A stretch of DNA of 64,000 bases from contig MU054098.1 in the NCBI GenBank assembly GCA_013239625.1, positions 310,001 to 374,000 of the forward strand, read 5' to 3'. Every line of letters starts with the position of its first letter. Position 1 is the first letter of the stretch. The notes beneath the pieces were generated by a model. The model saw only the letters and a list, made by a program, of their open reading frames with translations, did no database searches and was not told the origin of the DNA. Positions 12,562-27,425 of this stretch are shown here, piece after piece. Source of the DNA: Lama guanicoe (lineage: Eukaryota). The position numbers and the translations under genes are program-made.

Positions 12562-13252
12562 TTACGTTAGTTCACTTTCTGTGGGAGAATTTACAGTGTA
12601 TTTAACTCTACATGTAGAATTTGACTAGTCTTTGAACCATATATCCAATTTTAAATATGTTACAAAGTGTTCAAATGAAAACTCTGTACACATATACACA
12701 ATCACTTATGTATACCAGATTTCTCAGGGAAAAAAGAAAAAAAGTAGTCAGTGCTAGAACTGCACCCCATGAACAAAAATTCAGTTTTCAGACTTGTCCA
12801 TCGCTCTGCATCAGGAAGTAACTGAGAGCAGTTTTTCCGGGTGTGTACACTTAGGAATGATAGGGAATCATTGTTGCCAATTCTTCTGGGTGGCACAGTT
12901 ATAAAGCTGCAATTCCACATTTTATTTGACTTGTTATTATTAACATAGGAAGGCAAAATGCAGGACCACTTAGTTCTGTAAAGATAGAAGTCAGCACTCC
13001 AGATTGCCATCAGAAGCGAGTACGTGAATTGAGTATATTATAGTTCACTGTTGTCAGATGCTCCACATGGTCAATGCCTAAAAAGTATCAAGCTGCTGTG
13101 TCTGTTGTTAGTGGGAACTTTTGGATGCTCTTCAGGAATATGCTTAAGAATAATGTCTGGTGATAGAGGCGAAGAAGAACCCAGAGAACTTAATTTCCAT
13201 ATTAACATATATGGAAAGGAACGCTCTCAGTTGGAAGCATCATCTCATGTGC

Positions 13253-14040
13253 TTCATTCATTTATTCACTTATTTGATAAATACGTATTGAGCCAGATAG
13301 TCTTCTAAGTTGTGTGAATATAGCAGTGAATAAAGAATACAAAAAACCCTGCCCCCACGGAACTTAAATTCTAGTGAAGGAAGATGGACCATAAACAAAG
13401 TAGATAAAATAAATACAGTAAGTGATAAGTGCTGTGTACAAAAAAAATAAAGGAGGATAAGAAGGTGTGTGTGTGTAGGGGGAAGTTGTATATTAAATAG
13501 GATGATCAGGAAATGACTTGATGAGAAGTGACATTTGAACAAAGTCCTGAGGGAGAGGAGAACATCAGCTACGGAGAAATCTGGTGGAAGAGTGTCACAG
13601 GGAGAGAAAATAACCAAATGCAAATGCCCTGAGGTTGGGAGAGTGGCTGGTGTGTTAGCGGAACAGGTTAAAGTAGGCAGAGTAGAGTGAGAGAGAGGGC
13701 AAAGTAGAGGAACAGGAGGTCAGAGTAGTAAAGATGGGGGGGGGAATGGTGCATAGCTAGGCAGGAGCCATCATGAAATTTTTGGTTTTTTATATGACTA
13801 AGATGGGAAGTTATTTGCAGGGTTTTGAACAGAGGAGTGAAATGGTGATTTGACTTATGTTTTCAAAATATGAATCACTCTGGCTGCTGTATTGAGAAAA
13901 GACTGTCAAGGGCAAGAGTGGAAGCAGGAAATAGGGAGGCCCGTTGTGCGGGTGATAAATGATGGTAGTTGGAACAGTATAAAGTAGTTGGATTTGGGGT
14001 ATATTTTGAAAGAGCAAAATTGAATGTGAAGTGTGAAAGA
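13253..14040 (-). mobile_element. L2 LINE 3' portion
   Basis: (TTCA)n-type terminus followed by tatt-gag..., then typical purine-rich antisense L2 sequence (gggttttgaacagaggagtga, cactctggctgctgt). Confidence 0.75.
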
Positions 14041-14318
14041 AATGAAGATATCAAGATTGTCAATGTTCTACATATTTTGATATTATTCCTCACTATAAGT
14101 ATTAAAAACAATTCTGAAAAGTGGAGTGTATATAACTGATTCACATTTCAGATCCATCAGAGTAATTTATTATTTACAACAAACACAGTGAATCTATAAG
14201 AAAAAGACAAAATAATTTAGTAAGTCCCAAATTTCTGGTTTTGGTCCCTAATTGTTTATATATATTATGGATTTTTTCTGAAAGCAGGATACCTCTCATT
14301 TTACATAAAATGTAAGAC

Positions 14319-15532
14319 CCATTTATTTATTTAATTTTTCTAGCTTTATTGAGGTTTGATTGAAAATAAAAATTGTGTATGTTTCAGTTGTACAATGTGA
14401 TTTTTAAAAAAAGATGTAGACCATGATAATTTAATATACATATACATTGTGAAATTGTTATCAAACCAGACTTGGGTCTGCACATGCACGCACAGAAAAG
14501 CCAAGCTACTGACACCAAGCTGTGGTGAGGGAAAGTGCGGCGTTTATTGCGTGGCGCCAGACAAGGGATCTAGCAGACAGCTAGTGCTCAAAAAGCTGGA
14601 ACTCACCTATTGGTTTCAGGAACGCGTTTTTAAAGGCCAAATGAGGGAGGGGTGTCTCAGGGTATGTGATTGGCTGATGGTGAAGTAACAGGGGTTAACG
14701 TTATCAATCCTCAGGCTCAGGTAGGTCTGGGGGCTACGTGCTCATGGTCATCAACTTGTTAACTTCCATTTGGTGGAGGTTTTCCCATCTGCAAAACAAC
14801 TCAGGAAATGTGCATCAGGTACTGTTATCTGGGTACTTCAGAGAGGAGCTAAAGCAGAAGATACGGGGGAGTGGTCTGTCCAGGAAGAACTCATTGGGTA
14901 CTGCTAAGTTACAATTCCCCCTTTTCTTTGATACCCCTCCATCTTGAGGAGAACAGGTGTTGGACAAGAATGGGAATAACATTTCTAATTAAATGCAGTT
15001 AATTAACATATCCATCACCTCATTTAAGATCTACTCTCTTAGCAAATTTCCAGTATACAGTATAGTATTGTTAACTATCACCACACTGTACATTAACTTC
15101 CCAGAAATTATTCATCTTATAACTGGAAGTCTGTACCCTTTGACTGACATCTACCCATATCCCAAACACCCTAGCCTCTGACAACCACTGGTCTACTTTC
15201 TGGTTCAATGAGTTCAACATTTTTAGATTCCACATATAAGTGAGATCATACAGTATTTGTCTTTCTGTATCTGGCTTGTTTCACTTGGCATAATGTCCTC
15301 CAGGTTCACCCATGATATCATAATGGCAGAATTGCCTTCTTTTTATGGCTGAATAATAGTCCATTATATATATCACATTTTCTTTATCCATTCATCCATT
15401 AACAGAAACTTAGGTTGTTTCCATTTCTTGGCTATTGTGAATAATGTTTCCGTAGGTTGCTGGATCATATAGTGGTTCTATTTTTAATTTTTTTGAGAAA
15501 TTTTCATACTGTCTTCATAATGGCTGTACCAC
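14319..15532 (-). mobile_element. L1MA-type 3' end interrupted by an LTR
   Basis: L1 3' UTR/ORF2-end motifs (ttagattccacatataagtgagatcatacagtatttgtct). Direct repeat tgtaagac at 14311-14318 and 15533-15540. Confidence 0.8.
14456..14980 (-). mobile_element. ERV1-like LTR (14456-14913) plus PPT and adjacent segment, inserted in L1
   Basis: tgttatc..gttaca termini. attcccccttttctt PPT at 14914-14928. 14914-14978 is homologous to 1874-1938. Confidence 0.75.
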
Positions 15533-15582
15533 TGTAAGACTTTTAATTTCTTCAATACTTTTTGAAAATAAGGAATATTTTT

Positions 15583-16188
15583 ATTGTTTTGGGGGGGTCT
15601 GTGATTTTTTTTAATTGAAGTATAATTTATAATGTCATATTAGTTTTTGGTGTACAGCACAGTGATTCAGTTACATATGTATATATACATATATATATAT
15701 ATGTATACATATGCATATACTTTTTAGATTCTTTTCCATTATGTTTATTACAAGATATTGAATGTAGTTCCCAGTGCTATACAGTATGATCTTGTTTATC
15801 TATTTTAAATATAGTAGTTTTTATCTGCTAATCCCTAACTCCTAATTTATCCATCCTACCTCCCCAGAGCATCTTACTTAACCTCTCTGAGCTTTATTTT
15901 ATTGATTTATTTTTTAAATTGAAGTATAGTTGATTTACAATATTGTGCTAATTTCTGGTGTAGAGCATAGTGATTCATTTATACATATATATTTCTTTTC
16001 ATATTCTTTTTCATTACAGGTTATTACAAGGTATTGAATGTAGTTCCCTGCGCTATACAGTATAAACTTGTTGTTTATCTATTTTATACATAGCAGTTAG
16101 TATCTGCAAATCTTGAACTCCCAATTTATCCCTTCCCACCCCCTTCCCCCGCTGGTAATCATAAATTCGTTTTCTATGTCTGTGAGTC
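15583..16188 (-). mobile_element. Composite insertion: two tandem L1 3' ends separated by a MIR-like spacer, within one TSD
   Basis: L1 ends at about 15605-15866 and 15894-16188; spacer contains ttacttaacctctctgagc. 12-bp direct repeat aggaatattttt at 15571-15582 and 16189-16200. Confidence 0.75.
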
Positions 16189-16668
16189 AGGAATATTTTT
16201 CTTGAATGAAATTATAGAAGTCTATTCTCAATGGCAGAGCATCAGTTCAAGTATATCTATGTTCTACACAGAAAGAGTCTAGCTGGCTGCTTAGGCTGTA
16301 TCTTACAGGATGTCTATACATGGTAGAGGATGGAGAGTCACAATGAATACAGAGTCTACCTATCAGGAACTTGAGAGGCAATGTTCACAATGAAGAATAT
16401 TCTAGATAAAAGTCTCCTTTGGTATAAAGGAAGCATGAAGGACTAAATTATCTTAATAGTCTAGTGTAATCCAATTAAAATACTTAGATGCATCCATTGC
16501 TTCTACAGGGATGGAAGTGTCAAGAATGGAATCCTCCTTCAGTCCTCTCAACTGCATGGTACTGGAGAAATGTACAAATTGCTATACTCTGAGTTCCTTA
16601 TTTTAATATATCTCTATCAGTCATCAAGACTTTTCATTTCAAAGTTTCCTCATGAAAGAAATATTTGT

Positions 16669-16783
16669 GGGGGAGGGTGTAGCTCAACCGGTAGAGTGCA
16701 AGCTTAATATGCGTGAGGTCCTGGGTTCAATCTCCAGTACATCCATTAAATAAATAAACAAACCTAATTACCTTCCTCCCACA
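16669..16783 (+). mobile_element. tRNA-derived SINE (camelid vic-1-like)
   Basis: GGGGAGGGTGTAGCTCAACCGGTAGAG (A box), GGTTCAATCTCC (B box), then (TAAA)n, a C-rich stretch and an A tail. Degenerate TSD aaagaaatattt / aaaggaattttt. Confidence 0.85.
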
Positions 16784-19700
16784 AAAGGAATTTTTAAATG
16801 ACCTCGATTATAGTTCATTGCTATATTTTAAATTGACGTCTTCTTTTAAAGGGAGCGCTTCTGACTTAGGGAACTTCTTGTCCAATGTCAACATGCTCAG
16901 AAATCATCTCTTACATGGGCTTTTTTCCTGGCAATATTTTTTCAGGTAACTATTATCCAGTTGTTTTTGATTATTCTAATTTTCCCCTTCAGACCATAAT
17001 ATTCCTGACCTCACTAAAAATTTTGGTGTGTATTATATTTGCAGCCTTTAGTTCTTTTGACTGAATACAGTTCACTTAGGGACAACTATTTTTTTAAATG
17101 TATATAATGCATTTCAAACCACTAAAGGTTTAAGACTTTCATATTCTTAATTTTAGCTAAATACATCCTGAATTTCTGCCAGGTCTTACCCACACTAAGG
17201 TATATTCAAAAGCTGTTCCTTTGGGATTAGTCACGTCTCACTGACTTCACTCACTGATTAACGGGCCGAGTAAAGGTCAGTTGCTTTCAAGCAGGCCAAT
17301 GAAGTATTTCCATGCATTTAACCAATTTCTCAAACTGTAATATGAAACTTGCCAAGGAAGGAGTTTAAGTAGGAACCAAGACAGATTTCTTTAGTTTCAA
17401 TTCACTACTTTAAATCTTGTCTTGCTTCAATTCGGTTAGCTTTTTAATGCTGAAAGGATAACCAAAAAATGTTAGAAGTTTTGAAGGTAAAAATAAAGAA
17501 CACAAAACAAAATGGCCACTTGAGAACATCAATAGAAGTACTTCCCCATTTTCCTTTATCAGTATTTCTATGACTACAGCTCATATATTTTAGTTATGTT
17601 TTGTGAGAGTATTTTAGATTTCCAAATGCTCTCATGGTCTTGTCTATTCTGTACTATAACTACTAGCTATGCTTTATAGTACTTGAAAAATTACATTGTT
17701 GTGGATTTAAAAAATCAGATTGTTTTTATATATTGACTCTTCTGATAATATGTTCCTAAAGATGTAGAATGGTTTAAACTTGTTTTGAAGTTCAGAAACT
17801 GAACATTACCTAAGTACTATGGCTGACCCATTATAGTTTAATGTGCAAGCCTTTTAATGATGAATTTCCAAACCACTCTATGGGAGTTACCATGGACACT
17901 AAGAGGCACTCCACTGCCAAATCAGATGGATAGAAAAACAGTTCTTTTTAATGTATTTCAGGTATCTGCAGCCTTCCAGAACTGGTTCTGTCACAAATAA
18001 ATGGGTCTTAGCCTTAATTTGTCAGAGATTTTCTGACAACATTTCAGCTACACATTTTTGTTTCATTCTCTTCTGTGCTCTGCCTCAGTTCGTATTTTCT
18101 TTGTGAAAGGCCTTACAGTGAAGACACATGATAATTTCCTGAATGTTAGTTAGCTCAGACAATAAGGCCTGTATTCAGCATTGGACTGGCAGATCAGGAA
18201 AGGAGAGATTTGCTTAGTGTGTCTCCTCCACAGGGAGACCTATTAAATCTTGGAGAGAAAGACTTATTTCTGCCTACACCTTTTCATTTGGTAAGTGTAA
18301 TTCTGCATGCGTTCTTCTTGTGTTTTTGTGGTTGTTGCTATATATATGTTAAAATAATGAATTTTAAAATTTGTTTATGTTCTTGAGAGGATCTTCTTTG
18401 GTAGGATTCATTATGTAATCCAGCTGATAGACTTATGAAGCCTATTTTTCTCTGAAGAGTTTTAATACATGGAGGGAGTATCATTCTGCTATTATTTTTA
18501 CTATAACATGTATTTTTTGCTTTCTAAACTCTCTTTTAATTGTTATGGAATAAGTTAGGACAAAATAGGATTGGCTCTCTACTTATTACATTATCATTAG
18601 GCAAATTCATATATATCAAATATTTAAATAAATTCATGTTCATGTGTTACACTTTTGCTTCTATAATAGTGTTTTAAAGCTGATCTATGATGTTGAGCTA
18701 ACCAAGGTACTGACAAAAATTTATGTCTTTTCCTCATTCTAGTCATTTAATTATTTTTATCTTTGGACAAACTAAAATCTTTATGACTATTAGGCCTATA
18801 CAAATTAAAATCCCATCCCTATGAACTTCTCTATGTCTTTTTAAGAGATTAGACCATTAAATATACATAATTCAGCGAAGTGTTATATAACAGTATTCTT
18901 TGTCTTTCCATAGCAATTAACTTTATTTAGGCCACTTGTTCAGAATTTCACCTATATTGGCAAGACTATTGTTTGTTTTCGTTTCTACAGCATTGATGTA
19001 CCAACACATACATTAGGAGAATAGGCAGACAGCTGGTAAACAGACTCATTCCCTGCCTCAGGGCTGATAAAGCAGTTCACCAAATTCATCTTTCCCTAGT
19101 TCGTTTCACATCATCACTATTTCCAAATCATCTGCTTTTGCCCTCTAAGGATTTAGGATATCTAATATACAAAAGCAGCTGAACCTAAACTTGTACATCA
19201 GTTTTATTATTAGTTGACAGTGTTTTCTTTTACAAAATTTTGTATTATGCTTCCTTGTTTTTGATTGGTTCATCTTCCTTTTATTTTTAACTATAGCATA
19301 CAATTCTAATTTCAAAGATTATTGTTATGAAGGTTGTAAACAATTTATTTCCTAATACTCTAAATTACACATTTCAGCATTAATTTCAATACAATAGTAG
19401 ACTTTTTAAAATGACATTTTTGTTAATCTTTTTGATTTGGATGAAATCAGAATCATAGTTACAGAAATACGGAGAACACTGAAATCATTACCAAGTGTTG
19501 GGTCAACTGGTAATCATATGCAAAGGAGGAAAAAAGCCAGGGTCAATGGTATCCAGCCACAACTATAAATTACATTAGAGTAGGGAGATAAAGTGATGCT
19601 CCAGGGCCAAGAGCAACAAGACATCATGATAATAATGACAGTCACTATTTGTGGATTTCCAGGCATTATATTTGTTATGTAGTCATCCCTTTTGGTACTA

Positions 19701-20139
19701 ATAACAACAATGGGGTAGGTATGTGCCAGAGTCCCCATTGTATGGATTCATCATTCAATCAACAAATATTAATTGAGTAATAAAGATGTGCCAGGCTCTA
19801 GAGATATCATAGTGAACAAGACCCTTGTCTTCATGGAGCTTATGATCTAGTAGTGATGAGCCACTTACTGAGTCTTAGAAAGTGTGTATAACTAGCTCAG
19901 GGTCGGTCTGTGTGGCTCCACATCCACAGATTTACCTTCTACTTTATATTAGTGATGGCTGTGAGGTAGTAATCAGAAAGCACGTAGTAGTCACAGGAAA
20001 CTTTGTGCCAGAGACCAAAGCTAGCTGGACACTAGATAAGCAGGTAGCTTTCCAGAACATTGCTGTTGAAAGTCAGAGCAAGGGACTTTTCTGTGTACTT
20101 AGGAATGTTTTTTTGTATACTGAATATTTGATCATATTA

Positions 20140-20660
20140 TTTCCTTGATTAAAGCCCATCAGTGGTTCTACATTGCCTTTGAGATAAAAGCAAAACTTTT
20201 TGTTATGATCTATGTGGCCCAGAGAGATTTGGACGCCATATACCATTTCAATCTCATTTTGTGTCTCCTGGCATTCCTGGTAGCCATTCTGAGCTACCTT
20301 CATTTCCTTGAATGGGCATGCTGTCTCTTGCCTCCTGCCCTTTGCACAAGCTCTTCCCTCTCTTGCCTTGCTAACATCTGCGAATTGTTGAGTTCTCAGT
20401 TTAGGTAGTATCTCCTCCAGAAAACTTTCCCTGACTCTCAAGTTCAGTTAGGTACCCTTTCTCTGTGTTCTCTTAGCACCTTCTGTTTCCTGAACCACAG
20501 CACCTACCACTCTATATTGGTACTTTACCCTTTACTCATGACACTGTAAATTCCTTAAAGACAGGAACACTGCTGTCTGTTGACCATTGTATCTCTACAA
20601 ACTAGCACAGTGTTCAGCACATAGTAGTTGCTTATAAATGGGTGCTAAATGAACGAAAGA
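20140..20660 (+). mobile_element. L2 LINE 3' portion
   Basis: cctgccctttgcaca, tctcctccagaaaactttccctgac, and terminal agcacagtgttcagcacatagtagttgct..aatgaa. Confidence 0.75.
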
Positions 20661-20744
20661 ACAAAGAGGCCAGGATTATCAACTTTGAAGGCCATGGCAT
20701 AATCTTTATGATTTAAAGCGTTTTGTATAAATTCAGCAAATGTA

Positions 20745-21560
20745 TGAGCTAGAAGGTACTTGAGAAGTCACTTTGTTCAACTTCCCACTCAGTGTAAGTA
20801 TCTCTACCGTATCGTCCCTTAAAGAGAACCCTCTATCCTCTATCTATGAATAAAGAGGTAAAGAATTCACTATTTTGCAAGATGGTTACTATTTCTATTG
20901 AAGGCTATGTCTAATTGTTTTCAAAAGTATCTTCCTCGTATTTGGACACTTTCCTGCTATAGCTTTCATTCATCGTTTAAATTCTGCCTTCTTAAACAAC
21001 ACAAAACTAATTTTTTCCTTTCTTGAGCAACTCAAATTTAATCTTTTCCTTTTTCCATATAAGAACCCTTACAAATTGTTAAAGGCCATCATTACGTACT
21101 TTGTAAATCATTAGTTCTCAAGCTTTAATGTGCAAAAGAATTGTCTAGGGAGCATGTTAAAAATCTAGATCATCTAATCCCATCCTCAGAGACTGATTCA
21201 AAAGGTCTTGGATGGATCTGAAAATTTAACAAGCATCCTGGATAATTTAGATGCAGATAATCTATAGACCACTTGTCAAGAAACACTGCCCAGGAAAATA
21301 TATTTTAAAAATTTCCCAATAAATGGTGCTTGTAACACTTGACCTTCAAAGTCATTGGATATTTCTGTTTATTCTGTTGAAGTGTAACTCTTACGCTAGA
21401 ACCAAATATTCAGTTGTATTTGATTCACAAAAAGTAGGGTGAGGATATTATTTCATTTAACCTGATTCATATACTTCTATTCAAATTGTACATCGTTGTG
21501 TCACCAGTTTTCTGTAGACATGTCATATTATTGACAGTGATTTTGTTGTTAACTAAAACC
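20745..21560 (-). mobile_element. CR1/L3-like ancient LINE 3' fragment containing a MER5 element
   Basis: Begins gagctagaaggtacttgagaagtca, with motif order similar to 62645-63195. Highly diverged. Confidence 0.4.
21109..21288. mobile_element. MER5-type hAT-Charlie DNA transposon
   Basis: About 180 bp, termini cattagttctcaa / tcaagaaacactg, internal tttaacaagcatcc. Confidence 0.7.
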
Positions 21561-22679
21561 TGTTAGGGCAGGAGTGAATTACAGAGAATGGATAACCCAA
21601 AGTCACCAAAAAGAAAGAGGAAATGGGGTGAGATGACAGAAGTGAAGGTATAGCCTGAAGGGGGTAGCAACAGATAATATTTCTACCAAAGGTGGCACAC
21701 AGACTTCTCAATAACTCCAGTTTCCCTCTCCAACAGCCATTTGTAAGAGCTGCTGTTCACTGTCACCTACTGATCCTCTCTCTGAAGCCAGCAGATTAAC
21801 AATCTGTTTTGCTCTTTATTAGAAAGCTGGTAGACCTGCTTAACCTACAGTAAGAACCAGCAATCCGTAATCAACCCTGCCACATGAGAAGGAGTTGGAA
21901 CCTTGGCACACTTCTTTGGAAAAATTTTTGATCTCTAAAAATCTCAGTAGAGGGTACCTTGGCATATTTGTGGAAGATGATCTAAAACTCTAGAAATAGC
22001 AATGAGCACAATTCTCACACATGCACATAATTTGAATAGGTCTGGCAAGATGCTTTTAAGTTCATAAAAGTGTCATAGAATGTTATGAATTGACTTTACA
22101 CGCTTCAATACACCCGGTGTACAGATTAGCACTTTCTGTTATGACACCCAGGCTCTGTGCCCTCTACTCCAAACAGCAAGAAAAATTTATAAGCCAGAAA
22201 ACCTTTCTTGGATTTGTCTTTAGGGCAGTAAGCAGTGGAATGTAGTTGCTCACAAGGCTGGAGTCTGAGGCTCACAGAAATTGGTGTGTGTGTGTCGAGG
22301 AGGGGAAGTCACATTGAGTAAAATTGGTTGTTAGTGTCTTTAGATGAAAATATAAATCTGAGAAGGGACTGAGGGTTGCAGATAACAAAGCTTTGAAACA
22401 TGGTAGTTTTGTATTAAATGCAAGGATGGAGAGCTGACCCCAACTATGTTGTGGAAAGAGGAGAGTTTAGAACGTGATTCTGAGGGGGAAAAGAGGATCA
22501 TCCTATTGCAGGAGATAGGATTAAATGATTTCAATTCTCAGACATATATATATATATATATATATGTATGCCTCAACAGAGGCTGGGACCACACTTTTTT
22601 AAGTGGTACCCAAAGAACCAAATATTAGGTGGTGATCCTAACACTTATATGGTAGTCACCTTTGCATTCCTCTCTTCTG

Positions 22680-23290
22680 AAACAAATATTTTTGAATATC
22701 TACTATGTGCCAGAACACAAATATGAATTTGACACAGTCCCTGCCTTTAAGAGTTCATACCTGAGTGAAAGGAAACAGGACAAAAAGGTGATAATATATT
22801 GTAATAAATAATATGACAGAGATAACCATAGTGTTTTGAAGACAGAGTAAACTGGAGGGAAGTCAACTGATGAGAAGTTGAAGAAAGACTTTTTGGAAAA
22901 GTGATAGCTGAACTGAATTCAGAAGGGTGAGTAGCAGTTACTCGGAGGAAAGAATCTGGGGAAGTCATTTATATCAAGAGGAACTGCAGGGTGTGTGGCA
23001 GGAAAAGTAAATAATTTAGTATGACTAGACTAGAGCGTGAAGTACAAAGAAAGTGAGTGGTGAGAGATGAGATTGGGGAAATAGGCAGAAGTCAGATTAT
23101 GAAAGGCCCTATATGCCATGCTAAGGCAGCTGGACTTCTGTAGGCAGTGGGAAAGCTGGTAAGTCACCATTTTTGATAGGTCACTCTGAAAGCAGTGTGG
23201 AGAACAGAAAGGACCAGAGGCAAGACCAGAAACAGGGAGACTAGTTAGGAGGCTGTTGTAATAGTCCAGGAAAAAGGTGATTAGGATGGG
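22680..23290 (-). mobile_element. L2 LINE 3' portion
   Basis: aacaaatatttttgaatatctactatgtgccag terminus; gttaggaggctgttgtaatagtccagg. Confidence 0.7.
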
Positions 23291-24269
23291 TTTGAGTTTG
23301 AGACTGTTGAAGAAGAGTTTTGTTGGTGTTCTTGTTTTGTTCTGTTTTGTTTCCGTCCAAGACTGAGTTTGACCTTGATGTCAAAGTGGTTGATGTGGTG
23401 GCTGTAGAAAGAGGATAATGGGATGGCATGAGGCAGCATCACAAAACTAATTTCAGATGAGCTATTTGTTGAAAATTTCTTCTGAAAGTGTTATTTTCAA
23501 AAAATACTCTTTTCTGCTCAGCTTGCAAGGTAACTATTTGCTGGAGGTTGGTTGCTTAGCCTGTTGGGGGTTAATAACTCATGTGGTTTATTCTGCTGTA
23601 GGCAATTGCGCAGCGGGAGTAAAGAAAGTTAGGGTCAGAGCTAGAGAGAGAGGCTCTGCCAGCTGTCTCTTTTCCCTCTCTCTGAAAGTACAAATACCCT
23701 CTAAGCAATCTCACAGAAAAAGGAGCTTTCTGTGCCAGAAATCTGTTTATTTAGCAAAGGAAGAGTCCAGAAGACCATATGGAATGCAATAGATGATGAT
23801 ATTCAGTTTAGAACGTACAAGAACAGTAAGAAGATATAACCAGAATAAACGGTAAATTATTAAGGCATAATAGGGAATCGCAGAGAATTAAGTTTAAAAT
23901 ACGTAAGGAAGTTTTTATAATTAAGGATTGATACATCCATTTAAAAATGAATCTTGTGCAAAAACAAAATCAGAATAAACAGTGTATCAGATTATGAAAT
24001 AAGGTCATAATAAAATACCATTATACAGACCACATTAATGAAACTGAACTCAGAATTCTTAATACTGAATAAATTAATCAGGAAGAATTAGGTGATATGT
24101 TATGCTTGAATGAGAAGAGAAAAGATTCCAGGCTTAGATTACATAAACTTGATGATGTAATTATTTTTAAATATAGATGTGAAAGGAGACGTAAATGTTA
24201 AATTAACACTAGATATCAATCAAATGTCAAGGAAACAAGGAATAGAATTAGCGATGTGAGAGAATAAAT

Positions 24270-24860
24270 GCCTAATCCGTCTCCAAGTCCTGTTGAGTCC
24301 TCCTAGAAAATCTCTCTTAAATTTGTCTCCTAAACGTTTCTAATACCACTACCTTAGTCTAACATAACAGTTAATCTCCACCACTCCAGTTTCCCTCTGC
24401 TTAAACTCATCGAGCATAATAATGTCAGATCGTCTTTGAGAAATTTATCTAATGAATTCAATCTAATCATCTCTTTCTGACTTTAAAACCATCCATAACC
24501 CAGTTCTATCCTACCTATGCAAGCTTATTTTCCATTCTCTTCAATATGCCCCTTTTGCTCTGATCGGGCCTGCTGAATACTGTTCCTAAAATACCACATG
24601 CTCATTTCTGTGTTTGTCCCTTCCTGAGGTGTCGTATCCCTTCTGCTCTGTCTGGACCATCATTCCTCAAGACTCACATCAAGTTCCAACCCCTCCATAA
24701 AGATTTCTTCAACTCTATTCTCTGATTTCCCAGTACAATTATAAATGGAATCACATACTCTACAGATTATTTATTATTTATTTATTATATGTAAGTCTTG
24801 CTTCTACAACTACATTGCAAACTCATCAAGGGGATATAATTCACTATTACCTCAATTATC
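24270..24860 (+). mobile_element. L2 fragment
   Basis: Pyrimidine-rich L2-like motifs (cattcctcaagactcacatcaag, cctccataaagatttct). Confidence 0.5.
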
Positions 24861-25164
24861 CCAATTGGATCTAGGTCATTTTTATTCTAACATTTTGGGC
24901 CATTTTGATAGTATAGATATTTGGATTCTAAGGACATGCCAATTTCTTAATTATTTGTACAAGTGATTCAGAATTACATTTCACTATTTTTGTCAAGAAA
25001 GCATATTAAGAGTAAACTCAGGTCACCCAATTTAATTCTTTGATCAATTTTTATATTAAATTCTATTAAAACATTTAAATATTTTTGTATAAATTTTTAT
25101 TTTACTGAACTTTTAATCTCAAACAATCTTTTCCATGTTCATTTTACGATGAATATTTGTCAAT

Positions 25165-27425
<2,261 letters not shown>

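Noticed and set aside
16670..16745. tRNA gene
   Set aside because: It has A and B boxes but continues into a SINE body and tail with a TSD, and has a diverged second copy at 55534-55668. It is a SINE.
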